Below the pieces are notes generated by a model. The model was not told where the DNA came from and ran no database searches. It saw nothing but the letters and a program-made list of their open reading frames with translations. A stretch of 64,000 nt of DNA. It comes from an uncultured delta proteobacterium. Lineage in GTDB: Bacteria > Desulfobacterota > BSN033 > UBA1163. The stretch spans positions 28,426-92,425 of the forward strand of contig CAVOIK010000033.1 of assembly GCA_963695895.1 (NCBI GenBank), written 5' to 3'. Positions 8,977-17,441 of this stretch are shown one piece after another. The position numbers and the translations under genes were made by a program. The number at the start of each line of letters is the position of its first letter. Positions within the stretch are counted from its first letter, which is position 1.

Positions 8977-10124
8977 CAGACCTCTTTTTTGAACAAGGTC
9001 CCATCCGACCTCCAAGCGAGGCACAGAGCCTTCTTCTGCGGCTGACGAGGAACTGTCCTTGGAACCGATGTGAATTCTGCCACACCTACAAGGACCAGAA
9101 GTTTAGCCTTAGAACAGTTGAGGAAGTGAAGAAGGACATCGATACGGTCTCTGAGATTGCCCAGGAACTGAAGGCGCTGTCTTGGAGGGTCGGGGAGGGA
9201 GGGGAGATCACGGCGAATCTGGTTCGGTTTGTCCTGCAGAACCCCAGGGACTATCCTGACGCCTTTCGGAGTATCGTTCTCTGGCTTTACGCCGGAGGGA
9301 AGAATGTTTTTCTCCAAGACGCAAACAGCCTCGTGTTAAAGACGGATCACGTGGTGGAGATGTTGACTTACCTTCGAAAAAAATTTCCTTTCGTGGAGAG
9401 AATCACTACCTACGCTCGTAGCAAAACCATCTCAAAGAAAAGTGTGGATGAGTTACGCTCTCTTCACCGTGGGGGGCTGTCTCGAATCCACATTGGCCTG
9501 GAAACAGGCTACGATCCTTTGCTGGAGTATATCCAAAAAGGGGTGACTGCGGAGGAACACGTCATTGCAGGGAGGAGAGTCAAGGATTCGGGAATCTCCC
9601 TCTCAGAATATGTGGTCCTCGGACTGGGCGGCAAGAAGATGTGGCGTGAACACGCTATCGAAACAGCAAGGGTACTCAGCCAAATCAATCCTGACTTTAT
9701 TCGTGTTCGAACGTTGAGAGTATTGAAGACCATGCCTCTTCATGAGAAGATCGCGAGAGAAGAATTCGTCCTGATGAGTGATGAGGAAGTTGTCCTGGAG
9801 GAGAAGCTTCTGATTGAGCACCTCAACGGAATCAGCAGTCGTTTTGTGAGCGATCATATTCTGAACCTCCTGGAAGAGGTTGAGGGAAAACTCCCTGAGG
9901 GGAAAGAGAAGATGTTGGCGGTCATCGCCCAATACCTTGCTCTCTCTGAAGAAGAGAAGCAAAACTTCCGTCTTGGAAGGAGAGCCGGGATCTATCGGTT
10001 CCTGAGTGATCTGCAGAATCCAGAACTTCACAACGAAGTGGAAAAGGCAATCAAACGGATTAAAGAAGAGACGCCTGGAGGTATTGAAGCGGTGATCTCC
10101 GAATTGATGAGCTCGTTCATCTAG
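8973..10124 (+). CDS. radical SAM domain protein with unusual CX4CX2C cluster motif
   Basis: Contains LLLRLTRNCPWNRCEFCHTY. The GTG at 8973 overlaps the HD gene stop (GTGA) and has AAGGGA upstream. The track ORF starts at ATG 8928 as an alternative. Confidence 0.75.
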   Translation: MTDLFFEQGPIRPPSEAQSLLLRLTRNCPWNRCEFCHTYKDQKFSLRTVEEVKKDIDTVSEIAQELKALSWRVGEGGEITANLVRFVLQNPRDYPDAFRSIVLWLYAGGKNVFLQDANSLVLKTDHVVEMLTYLRKKFPFVERITTYARSKTISKKSVDELRSLHRGGLSRIHIGLETGYDPLLEYIQKGVTAEEHVIAGRRVKDSGISLSEYVVLGLGGKKMWREHAIETARVLSQINPDFIRVRTLRVLKTMPLHEKIAREEFVLMSDEEVVLEEKLLIEHLNGISSRFVSDHILNLLEEVEGKLPEGKEKMLAVIAQYLALSEEEKQNFRLGRRAGIYRFLSDLQNPELHNEVEKAIKRIKEETPGGIEAVISELMSSFI

Positions 10125-10135
10125 GGAAGATCATT

Positions 10136-10248
10136 TGACCGGCAAGTGCCCCGCAAGCCCCGTCCTTGAGGGGGCGGCCAAGGGGCACGAATATAATTGG
10201 GAAAGTACCTTACCGGGAAGCCACGCTCTTTAGGGCGTGGAGCTTCCC
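10136..10248 (+). repeat. two-hairpin intergenic repeat, subtype B, copy B4
   Basis: Sequence is TGACCGGCAAGTGCCCCgcaagCCCCGtCCttgaGGgGGCGG..GGGGCACgAATATAATTGGGAAAGTACCTTACCGGGAAGCCACGCtcTTTAGGGCGTGGAGCTTCCC. Confidence 0.9.
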
Positions 10249-10304
10249 AATTTTTATCCCTTGCAAATTTTGTCACAAAAAGTAAAAACTTTGACACAAA
10301 ACAC

Positions 10305-10333
10305 TTGACATTTTAAAAGACAGTGGATAAGAT
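10305..10333 (+). promoter_or_regulatory. sigma-70-type promoter for the HU gene
   Basis: TTGACA (10305..10310), 17-nt spacer, TAAGAT (10328..10333), about 58 nt upstream of the ATG. Confidence 0.5.
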
Positions 10334-10390
10334 GAGCCTCGTTTTCGCTTGGAGTCAATACAATCTTGGAAGAAAGGGAGGTGATTTGTA

Positions 10391-10663
10391 ATGACGAAGG
10401 CGGAGTTGGTTGCGGCCATGGCGAAGGAAGCCAAAATTTCAAAGGTGTCAGCTGAAAGGGCCCTGAATGCGTTTGCAGGTGCAGTGACTAAAGCGTTGAA
10501 GAAGGGCGACAAGCTGACACTCACAGGGTTTGGCACCTTCTGTGTGGCGAAGAGGAGGGCCAGGACGGGGAGGAATCCTCAGACTGGGAAAGAGATCAAG
10601 ATTGCTGCGACAAGAGTAGCCAAATTCAAAGCGGGTAATTTGCTGAAGAGCGCCGTCAAGTAA
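10391..10663 (+). CDS. hup: DNA-binding protein HU
   Basis: MTKAELVAAMAKEAKISKVSAERALNAFAGAVTKALKKGDKLTLTGFGTFCVAKRRARTGRNPQTGKEIKIAATRVAKFKAG is a textbook HU/IHF fold sequence. 90 aa. Confidence 0.95.
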   Translation: MTKAELVAAMAKEAKISKVSAERALNAFAGAVTKALKKGDKLTLTGFGTFCVAKRRARTGRNPQTGKEIKIAATRVAKFKAGNLLKSAVK

Positions 10664-10706
10664 TCCTAAAACCAAATTTCTCAAAACCATTTTCAGGTTT
10701 GTTTGA

Positions 10707-10744
10707 GGGGGAAGAACAGGAATTCTTCCCCCTCCCTGTTTTTT
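10707..10744 (+). terminator. intrinsic terminator after the HU gene
   Basis: GGGGGAAGAAcaggaaTTCTTCCCCC followed by tccctgTTTTTT. Confidence 0.6.
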
Positions 10745-11174
10745 CAATGATCAGGGCCTGTCTATCTGACAACGTTCTTTAAACAGGTTATTAACAAGAA
10801 GGTGTCGTCACAGACTGATAGAACCACAATATCTTGTGCTGGGACAAAGAAGAATAACAAACCTGCAACTATTTGAAATTACATATATTTCTTGTATGGA
10901 TGTCTTCCTTTAGCAGTGATTTTCCAATCGATTTGGGGAAGTACAGGCCGTTACCACACTTTTTTCCACAGGATTTTCACATCTGAGTACACCTCCTCTC
11001 TAGCCCTTGATGCGAGGACATTTAGCGGATGCCGCCGCTGCTTTCCAGTGATGGTAGAAGGATTGCTGAGATCTCTGTGCTGAGGGCATTGCAGAATCAA
11101 CGTCAGCGCAATCCTGACTTCGCATCATCAGGTTTGGAGGCCATTGGAGCAATTCCTTCTTTTCTAGACGGTAC

Positions 11175-11488
11175 GCATTCAAGGTTGGCGGCCCGACCCG
11201 TGTGGCCTTCTCCGAACCCCTGTACGGCGGGTCTCCAGACGAATGGGTTGCCGGGGTTGTGGAGCTGCGAGATCGTTTCCGAGGCAATCCGTTCTCGCAG
11301 TTGGACAAGGAGAGGTGCCGCCCTGCCTACCGGTAGGCAGGCACAGGGTTTCTCCGAAGACCACACTGGTCCGTCCGCCTGTCACGGGCAAGTCGGCTGG
11401 ATGCCCCGCGGGGAAGAAGGCCGACCCTATAATCATATCTACATTTCGCGGAAGCCCCTGCCGTGTGGGCGGAAAGCTTCATTTTCCC
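11175..11488 (+). repeat. long variant of the subtype-A repeat: about 200-nt structured 5' domain plus A core (copy A5L)
   Basis: Aligns along its whole length with 55142..55476. The 5' domain is closed by GTGTGG...CCACAC and CCCTGT...ACAGGG. The A core starts at 11382 (TCACGGGCAAGTCGGCT) and ends ...GGAAAGCTTCATTTTCCCA. Confidence 0.85.
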
Positions 11489-11603
11489 ACCCTTGAATGG
11501 GCACTCTGGACGTAGGAATCTGGTTGAAAGACCAGGTGGTTTTTGTTATCGTTCATTCAATCCAAAGAATGTCTCAGCAACTCAGGAAAATCAGGATAAT
11601 AAG

Positions 11604-13538
11604 ATGAGTGGACGGAAACAAGTCATTCTCGGGACGGCAGGCCATATTGATCATGGGAAGACTTCTCTCGTGAAAGCGCTGACGGGAGTCGACACCGATC
11701 GGTTGAAGGAAGAAAAAGAGAGAGGAATTACGATTGAGTTGGGATTCACGTTCCTCGACCTGCCAAGTGGCATCCGTTTAGGGATCATCGATGTACCCGG
11801 TCATGAGAGGTTTGTGAAACACATGGTAGCAGGGGCTTGGGGCATTGATTTCGTTGCGCTGGTCGTGGCGGCTGACGAAGGCGTGATGCCTCAGACGAGG
11901 GAGCACCTCGATATTTGTACTCTTTTGAAGATAAAGAAAGGTCTTGTCATTCTCACCAAGATAGACCTTGTGGATCGCGAACTCTTGGAGTTGGTCACGG
12001 AGGAAGTGAGAGAGGTTGTTGAGCCAACGTTCTTGAAAGAGGCGCCCATCCTCCCTGTGTCTTCTGTAACGGGAGAAGGGATTCCCGAACTGATTTCCGC
12101 ACTGGATGACCTTGCTTCGCATGCAGAGGAGAGATCATCGGAGGGGCTCGTCCGGCTGCCCATCGATCGGGTGTTTGTCATGAAGGGATTTGGGGCAGTT
12201 GTGACAGGAACGATGATTTCAGGAGATCTTTCCGTGGGAGAAACCGTAGAAATCCTTCCTTCCAAGGCCCAGGGAAAAGTGCGAAACCTTCAGGTGTATA
12301 GCCAGCCTGTTGAACGAGCGGTGGCAGGACAACGAACAGCCGTCAATCTTCAGGGGGTGGAGACCTCTGCCATCGAAAGGGGAGAGGTTCTCGTGCGTCC
12401 CCACACCCTGAGCCCAACTCAGGTTATCGATGCCTATCTTGAGTATCTGCCGAGCGCACAGCGATCCCTAAAACACCGGACCCATCTAAGATTCCATACG
12501 GGTGCGGCACTGACCACGGCCTCGGTGTATCTCCTCGATCGTGACGAGTTAGCTCCAGGAGAAGGTGGATGGGTGCAATTCAGACTGGATCGACCCCTTG
12601 TCACACTGCCACAAGACCGTTTTGTGATCCGTACATCCTCAGCCATCCAGACGGTTGGAGGAGGAGTCATTCTGGATACACAACCGGCCAAGCACAAGCG
12701 ATATTCTCCTTCGGTGGGTAAGGATTTAACCGTCCTCCGGGATGGAACAGGAGAGCAAATCCTTGGTCTCCATGTCTACCGCTCGGGTCCAGGAGGGGTG
12801 GGGTTTCAAGAACTTGCAGGCCGGGTGTCCATGTCACCGAAGGACATTCAGACGATTCTCCAGAAGATGGTCGAAAGGCGGGGGGTCCTTGTCGTTGATT
12901 CTGAGAAGCTGAAAGTCGTTGCCAAGGAACACTGTCAACATCTCCAGGAAGCCATTCTAACCCAACTCACAGAATTTCATCAGCGATTCCCGATGAAGCT
13001 AGGGTTTGCGAAAGAGGAACTCAGGACCAAGCTCCCACCAGAGATGGACGTGAGACTGTTCCAAAGTCTTCTGAGTGAGTTGATCGAATCTGGGGAGGTG
13101 GTGCTGGACAAGGAGTGGCTTAGACTCTCGAGTCACCACGTCTCATCAGGCGATGAAAGGGGATTGATCAAACGTGTCGAGGAAGCCCTCGTGAAGGCTG
13201 GACTCCAACCTCCGTCTCCAAAGGAGTTGGCAGAAGCATGGTCTGAGCCGGAGGGAACACTTCAGACGGTGTTTGACTATCTCGCCCGTGAGGGGGTTCT
13301 CGTGAAGATCAAAAGCGGGATGTACTTTCACAAGATCCCTTTCGGAAAGTTGAAAGAGGAATTGATTGTTTATCTAAGAACCCATCAAGAAATCACGACG
13401 CCTCAGTTCAAAGACATCACGGCGGTTTCCAGGAAGTTTGCCATTCCGCTCATCGAGTACTTTGACCAAATCAAATTAACTCTCCGTTTAGGAGACAAGA
13501 GAGTCCTCCGCTCCACGTCTCAAAGTTCTTCCACGTGA
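11604..13538 (+). CDS. selB: selenocysteine-specific translation elongation factor SelB
   Basis: [48 protein letters not shown], plus the long winged-helix C-terminal extension. The ATG at 11604 was chosen because the track ORF (11463) begins inside the repeat. Confidence 0.9.
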   Translation: MSGRKQVILGTAGHIDHGKTSLVKALTGVDTDRLKEEKERGITIELGFTFLDLPSGIRLGIIDVPGHERFVKHMVAGAWGIDFVALVVAADEGVMPQTREHLDICTLLKIKKGLVILTKIDLVDRELLELVTEEVREVVEPTFLKEAPILPVSSVTGEGIPELISALDDLASHAEERSSEGLVRLPIDRVFVMKGFGAVVTGTMISGDLSVGETVEILPSKAQGKVRNLQVYSQPVERAVAGQRTAVNLQGVETSAIERGEVLVRPHTLSPTQVIDAYLEYLPSAQRSLKHRTHLRFHTGAALTTASVYLLDRDELAPGEGGWVQFRLDRPLVTLPQDRFVIRTSSAIQTVGGGVILDTQPAKHKRYSPSVGKDLTVLRDGTGEQILGLHVYRSGPGGVGFQELAGRVSMSPKDIQTILQKMVERRGVLVVDSEKLKVVAKEHCQHLQEAILTQLTEFHQRFPMKLGFAKEELRTKLPPEMDVRLFQSLLSELIESGEVVLDKEWLRLSSHHVSSGDERGLIKRVEEALVKAGLQPPSPKELAEAWSEPEGTLQTVFDYLAREGVLVKIKSGMYFHKIPFGKLKEELIVYLRTHQEITTPQFKDITAVSRKFAIPLIEYFDQIKLTLRLGDKRVLRSTSQSSST

Positions 13539-13549
13539 GCCGCATGTGA

Positions 13550-13578
13550 TTGACAAGGAAAGAGGTTAGGGCTATAAA
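13550..13578 (+). promoter_or_regulatory. sigma-70-type promoter
   Basis: TTGACA (13550..13555), 17-nt spacer, TATAAA (13573..13578), 36 nt upstream of the next ATG. Confidence 0.5.
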
Positions 13579-13613
13579 TACCCCTATCAACGACTGAGGA
13601 GAAGGGATCAAGG

Positions 13614-14315
13614 ATGGTAAAGGGAAAAAAGATCACGAGGAGACAAATAAAGCAACCCGACGAGTTTATCAGCACCACGGAACATGTGTTGCTGTTCGTC
13701 AGGGATCACCTGAAAAAAATTGCGGTGGGAGTGGGAATCATTGTTGTCATCGTGGCTGCCTTTGTTCTTTTTCGAGTCTGGGAGGCAAAAAAGGAGAACG
13801 AAGCTTCACAGAGGTTGAATCTAGCTATGGAAACGGTTCAGCTGGCCAATTCCCCCTATCGAGAAGGATCGCCGCTCGAGTACAAGAACGCCCTTACAAA
13901 GATGGAGGAGATTATTAATGCTTTTCCCAGGACCTCTTCAGGAACATTGGCTCTTCTTTATAAAGGGAATATTCATCTCAAGCTAGGTGAATTTGACGAA
14001 GCCATCAAAGCCTATGATGCGTTCCTCTCCAAGAGCGGAAGTGAAAGGCTTTATAACCTCCTCGCCCTCGAAGGACTCGGTTATGCGTACGAAGGAAAGA
14101 AGGATTACGGCAAAGCGATCGAGGCGTATCAAAGAATCGTCGCCATGGATCAAGGGTTCCAGGCACGAGAGGCCCGGCTGCAGATGGGGTATTGTTACGA
14201 AAAGCTGGGCAAGAACAAAGAGGCTGTGGAGAACTACAGAGCCTACCTTGAAGGAACACAGAAGTCTTCAATGACCCATCTTGTTCTCAGAAAGATCTCG
14301 CTGCTTGAAAAGTAG
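13614..14315 (+). CDS. membrane-anchored TPR protein (YfgM-like)
   Basis: Basic N-terminus, a single TM segment (IAVGVGIIVVIVAAFVLF), then TPR-like repeats. Confidence 0.6.
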   Translation: MVKGKKITRRQIKQPDEFISTTEHVLLFVRDHLKKIAVGVGIIVVIVAAFVLFRVWEAKKENEASQRLNLAMETVQLANSPYREGSPLEYKNALTKMEEIINAFPRTSSGTLALLYKGNIHLKLGEFDEAIKAYDAFLSKSGSERLYNLLALEGLGYAYEGKKDYGKAIEAYQRIVAMDQGFQAREARLQMGYCYEKLGKNKEAVENYRAYLEGTQKSSMTHLVLRKISLLEK

Positions 14316-14549
14316 AGGGAGAGGGAAGAAGGCGGGATGAATTGTGTCGCTATTCAATGCGGTAAGACACTCACAGGCACACTTCCATATCAGGGTTCAC
14401 TGCACTCTTGGATCGCAAAACAATTCTCTTGGCAAGCAGTTTTTCTTTGCTATTATTTGTGACAAAAGGCACAAACTTCTTCTCTAACCCAGTGGAATCT
14501 TCAACCCGAGCACGGGTTCGGGTCCATGCAATTCTCAAAGAGGTGAGCC

Positions 14550-16376
14550 ATGAAAAAGGTGATGACGGGAAACGAGGCCTTTGCAAGAGGAGCTTACGAG
14601 GCTGGGGTGAAAGTCGCTGTCGCGTATCCGGGCACTCCGAGTACAGAAATCCTTGAAAATATTGCGAGAGAGTACAAAGACGTCTATGCGGAGTGGGCTC
14701 CGAATGAGAAGGTTGCACTGGAAGTTGCCATCGGAGCCAGTCTGGTGGGTGCGAGAGCCATGGCCACCATGAAGCATGTGGGCGTGAATGTGGCTGCAGA
14801 TCCCTTGATGACCTTAGGGTACGTCGGTGTGAACGGTGGTTTGGTCTTGGTGAGCTGTGACGACCCGGAACTCTACAGCTCCCAGAACGAGCAGGACAAT
14901 CGGCATTATGCCCGGTTCGCAAAAATCCCCATGTTTGAGCCGAGTGACAGCGAAGAAGCCAAGGAGTTCTTGAAGCTCGGTTTCGAGGTGAGCGAGAAGT
15001 TCGACACTCCGGTCATGGTCCGGAGTGTCACCCGTATCTCTCATTCGAAAGGCATTGTCCAGCTTGAGGAACCCGTCACACCCCCGGTGAAGGTTGAGAT
15101 CCGTAAACAGACTGAGAAGTTTACGATGCTTCCGTCCAACGCACGAGTCAGGCACCGGTTTGTCGAGGAACGTCTCCTCAAGCTGAAAGAATTCGCAGAG
15201 TCCTTTTCGGGCAATCGAATGGAGATCAATGATCCTTCCGTTGGAATCATCACGTCGGGGATTTCCTATCAGTATGCCAAAGAGACATTTCCGGAGTATT
15301 CCTTCCTGAAACTGGGAATGGTTTGGCCTCTTCCGGAGAACCTGATCGCGGAGTTCTTCAAGAAGGTGAAGAAGGTGATCGTCGTTGAAGAGTTAGATCC
15401 TTTCATCGAACACACCCTCAAGGCCATGGGATTCAAACCCAAGGGAGGTAAGAATCTATTTTCCATTTGCGGCGAATTGAACCCTCTGATCGTGGAAAAA
15501 GGGATGTTAGGGAAGAAATTCAAGGCGCCTCGGCCCATCTTCAAAGAACCTCTTCCTCCCAGGCCGCCGAACCTCTGTCCAGGGTGTCCCCACCGAGGTC
15601 TCTTCTACGTCTTGAGGAAACTGAAGCTCTTCGCCACGGGTGACATCGGGTGCTACACCCTGGCCGCCTATCCCCCCCTCAACTCTTTGGATACCTGTAT
15701 CTGCATGGGAGCCAGCATCAGCCAGGCCCATGGAATGGCGAAGGCTTTGGGAGATGGGGGAAGAGGAAAGTTCGTGGCTGTCATTGGAGATTCTACATTC
15801 CTTCACGGTGGCATTGCGCCTCTCATGAACACTGCCTATAACAAGAGTTACGCGACCACCATCCTCTTGGACAATCGAACGACGGGAATGACGGGTTCTC
15901 AGGAGCATCCGGGAACAGGGTTCACGGTGCGCGGTGAGAAGACCCATAAGATTGATTTTGTTGAGCTCGGGAAAGCCCTCGGGGTGGAGAGTGTGAGAAA
16001 GGTCAATCCGTGGAACATTGAGGAAACGGAAAAGGTGATTAAGGAGGAGATTGAAAAGGATGCCCCGTCCCTCATCATCACCACGGGCCCGTGTATTCTC
16101 ATGAGGAGGGAGTTTAAACAGTACAACAAGCCTCTCGAAATCGATTCCTCCAAATGCATGGGCTGCAAGGCGTGCGTGAACCTGGGGTGCCCGGCCATCT
16201 CCTTCCAGAAGGTGGAGGGAGACATGGCGTTTACGAAGGATGGAAAGAAACGGAAAGGAATTTCACACATCGAGCCCTCGCTCTGCCCTGGGTGTCATCT
16301 CTGTTATCAGGTCTGCAAGTTCCAGGCGATCGTGAGTCAGGAGGAGAGTCCGTCCTTCGGGTTTCAGACCCTGTAG
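14550..16376 (+). CDS. iorA: indolepyruvate:ferredoxin oxidoreductase, alpha subunit
   Basis: MKKVMTGNEAFARGAYEAGVKVAVAYPGTPSTEILE, a TPP-binding region, and C-terminal CMGCKACVNLGCP and CPGCHLCYQVC ferredoxin motifs. 608 aa. Confidence 0.9.
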   Translation: MKKVMTGNEAFARGAYEAGVKVAVAYPGTPSTEILENIAREYKDVYAEWAPNEKVALEVAIGASLVGARAMATMKHVGVNVAADPLMTLGYVGVNGGLVLVSCDDPELYSSQNEQDNRHYARFAKIPMFEPSDSEEAKEFLKLGFEVSEKFDTPVMVRSVTRISHSKGIVQLEEPVTPPVKVEIRKQTEKFTMLPSNARVRHRFVEERLLKLKEFAESFSGNRMEINDPSVGIITSGISYQYAKETFPEYSFLKLGMVWPLPENLIAEFFKKVKKVIVVEELDPFIEHTLKAMGFKPKGGKNLFSICGELNPLIVEKGMLGKKFKAPRPIFKEPLPPRPPNLCPGCPHRGLFYVLRKLKLFATGDIGCYTLAAYPPLNSLDTCICMGASISQAHGMAKALGDGGRGKFVAVIGDSTFLHGGIAPLMNTAYNKSYATTILLDNRTTGMTGSQEHPGTGFTVRGEKTHKIDFVELGKALGVESVRKVNPWNIEETEKVIKEEIEKDAPSLIITTGPCILMRREFKQYNKPLEIDSSKCMGCKACVNLGCPAISFQKVEGDMAFTKDGKKRKGISHIEPSLCPGCHLCYQVCKFQAIVSQEESPSFGFQTL

Positions 16377-16505
16377 ACCGGCAGGTGCCCCGTTAGCCCC
16401 ACCCTTTAGGGTGGGGTCCCTGCCTGCCGGCAGGCAGGAAGGGGCACCCTATCAAAGAGAAGTACCTTTCCGGGAAGCCCCGCCCTTCAGGGCGGGGAGC
16501 TTCCC
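16376..16505 (+). repeat. two-hairpin intergenic repeat, subtype B, copy B6 (inside the iorA-iorB operon spacer)
   Basis: Starts at the G of the iorA TAG stop: GACCGGCAGGTGCCCC...CCTGCCTGCCGGCAGGCAGG..GGGGCACCCTATCAAAGAGAAGTACCTTTCCGGGAAGCCCCGCCCttcaGGGCGGGGAGCTTCCC. Confidence 0.9.
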
Positions 16506-16532
16506 TATTCTTGACGAAGAGGAGAGCAATCT

Positions 16533-17126
16533 ATGGATCATCAAACCACGAATGTGCTGGTTGCAGGGGTTGGGGGACAAGGGGTCATTCTCGCCAGTGA
16601 CATCATGTGTGAGGTCTTCATGGAAGCGGGTTACGATGTCAAGAAGAGCGAGATCCATGGCATGGCCATGCGGGGAGGCATTGTGACGTCCCACTTTCGA
16701 TTTGGGAAAAAGGTATACTCCCCTCTGATCAAAGAGGGAGAGGTAGATATCCTTTTTGCCTTTGAACAACTGGAAGGGCTCCGTTGGATTAATCATGTGC
16801 GGCCGAACGGGAAGATCTTGATGAATGACAATAAGGTGAATCCTCCCGCGGTCAACATGGGTGAGATGGACTATCCTGAAAACATCCCCGAGACCATTCA
16901 ATCGAAATTCAAGAATTTCTACCTCGTGAAGGGAACGGAGATTGCACTCCAGGCCGGAGACGTCCGGGCAGCCAACGTGGTTCTCCTCGGAGCCATGTCG
17001 AAGTTGTTCACAATTCAGGACAGCCTCTGGTTGGACACCATTCTTGGACACCTTCCTCCCAAGGTTCATGACCTGAACAGGAAGGCCTTTGCCGCGGGGA
17101 AAGAACAGATCAAAGCGGGGTTATGA
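16533..17126 (+). CDS. iorB: indolepyruvate:ferredoxin oxidoreductase, beta subunit
   Basis: NVLVAGVGGQGVILASDIMCEVFMEAGYDVKKSEIHGMAMRGG. 197 aa. GAGGAG RBS. Confidence 0.9.
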   Translation: MDHQTTNVLVAGVGGQGVILASDIMCEVFMEAGYDVKKSEIHGMAMRGGIVTSHFRFGKKVYSPLIKEGEVDILFAFEQLEGLRWINHVRPNGKILMNDNKVNPPAVNMGEMDYPENIPETIQSKFKNFYLVKGTEIALQAGDVRAANVVLLGAMSKLFTIQDSLWLDTILGHLPPKVHDLNRKAFAAGKEQIKAGL

Positions 17127-17152
17127 GGACGTTAGAGATCCGGAAAGACATG

Positions 17153-17187
17153 AGGGCGGGGGTTTCTTCCTTCGCCCTTTGTTTTTT
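17153..17187 (+). terminator. intrinsic terminator after iorB
   Basis: AGGGCG...CGCCCT stem followed by TTTgTTTTTT. Confidence 0.5.
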
Positions 17188-17213
17188 GGGTCGCGTCGCT
17201 TATATTTTTAGGG

Positions 17214-17357
17214 GGGAAGCTCTCCGCCCATCCCGTTAAGACGGGACAGGCACGGCTGGGGCTTCCGGGTAAGGAAAATATTATCACAGGGTCGGCTTTC
17301 CTCCCCGCCTCCTGCCTACCGGCAGGAAGGCGGGGCATCGAGCCGACTTGCCCGTGA
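17214..17357 (-). repeat. two-hairpin intergenic repeat, subtype A, inverted copy A7
   Basis: Plus strand reads GgGAAGCTCtCCGCCCatCCCGTTAAGACGGGacaggcacGGCTGGGGCTTCCGGG...AGGGTCGGCT...CCTGCCTACCGGCAGG...AGCCGACTTGCCCGTGA. Confidence 0.9.
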
Positions 17358-17441
17358 CGTCTTTTTCCCGACGCCAGCAAAAAGTTCTGAACAGGAGGCA
17401 AACGAAGATGGGGTGGCATGCTAAGGTCTTGAGCGGCAGTT

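Noticed and set aside
11112-11131. CUGAUGA...GAA on the minus strand as a hammerhead ribozyme core.
   Set aside because: It is a simple 5-bp hairpin (CCTGA...TCAGG). Stem II and the remaining conserved core nucleotides are missing.
11029-11515. ORFs reading through repeats, such as 11029..11496, 11243..11515, 26767..27003, 16411..16686, 55090..55545 and 55146..55562. They give recurring peptides like HGQVGWMPRLPAGRQ and NHIYISRKP.
   Set aside because: The peptide similarity is only the translation of the repeat DNA. The variable hairpin inserts change length and frame between copies, both strands are open, and no start or RBS context is conserved.
10750-11603. A tRNA-Sec (selC), or a SECIS-bearing small selenoprotein gene, next to selB. 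This included the 42-codon minus-strand ORF ending ...AAAASAKCPRIKG at 11000.
   Set aside because: I could not fold any segment into a tRNA-Sec, which needs a UCA anticodon loop, a long extra arm and a T-arm GGTTCGA-like motif. The short ORF has no RBS, and its upstream part runs into the repeat.
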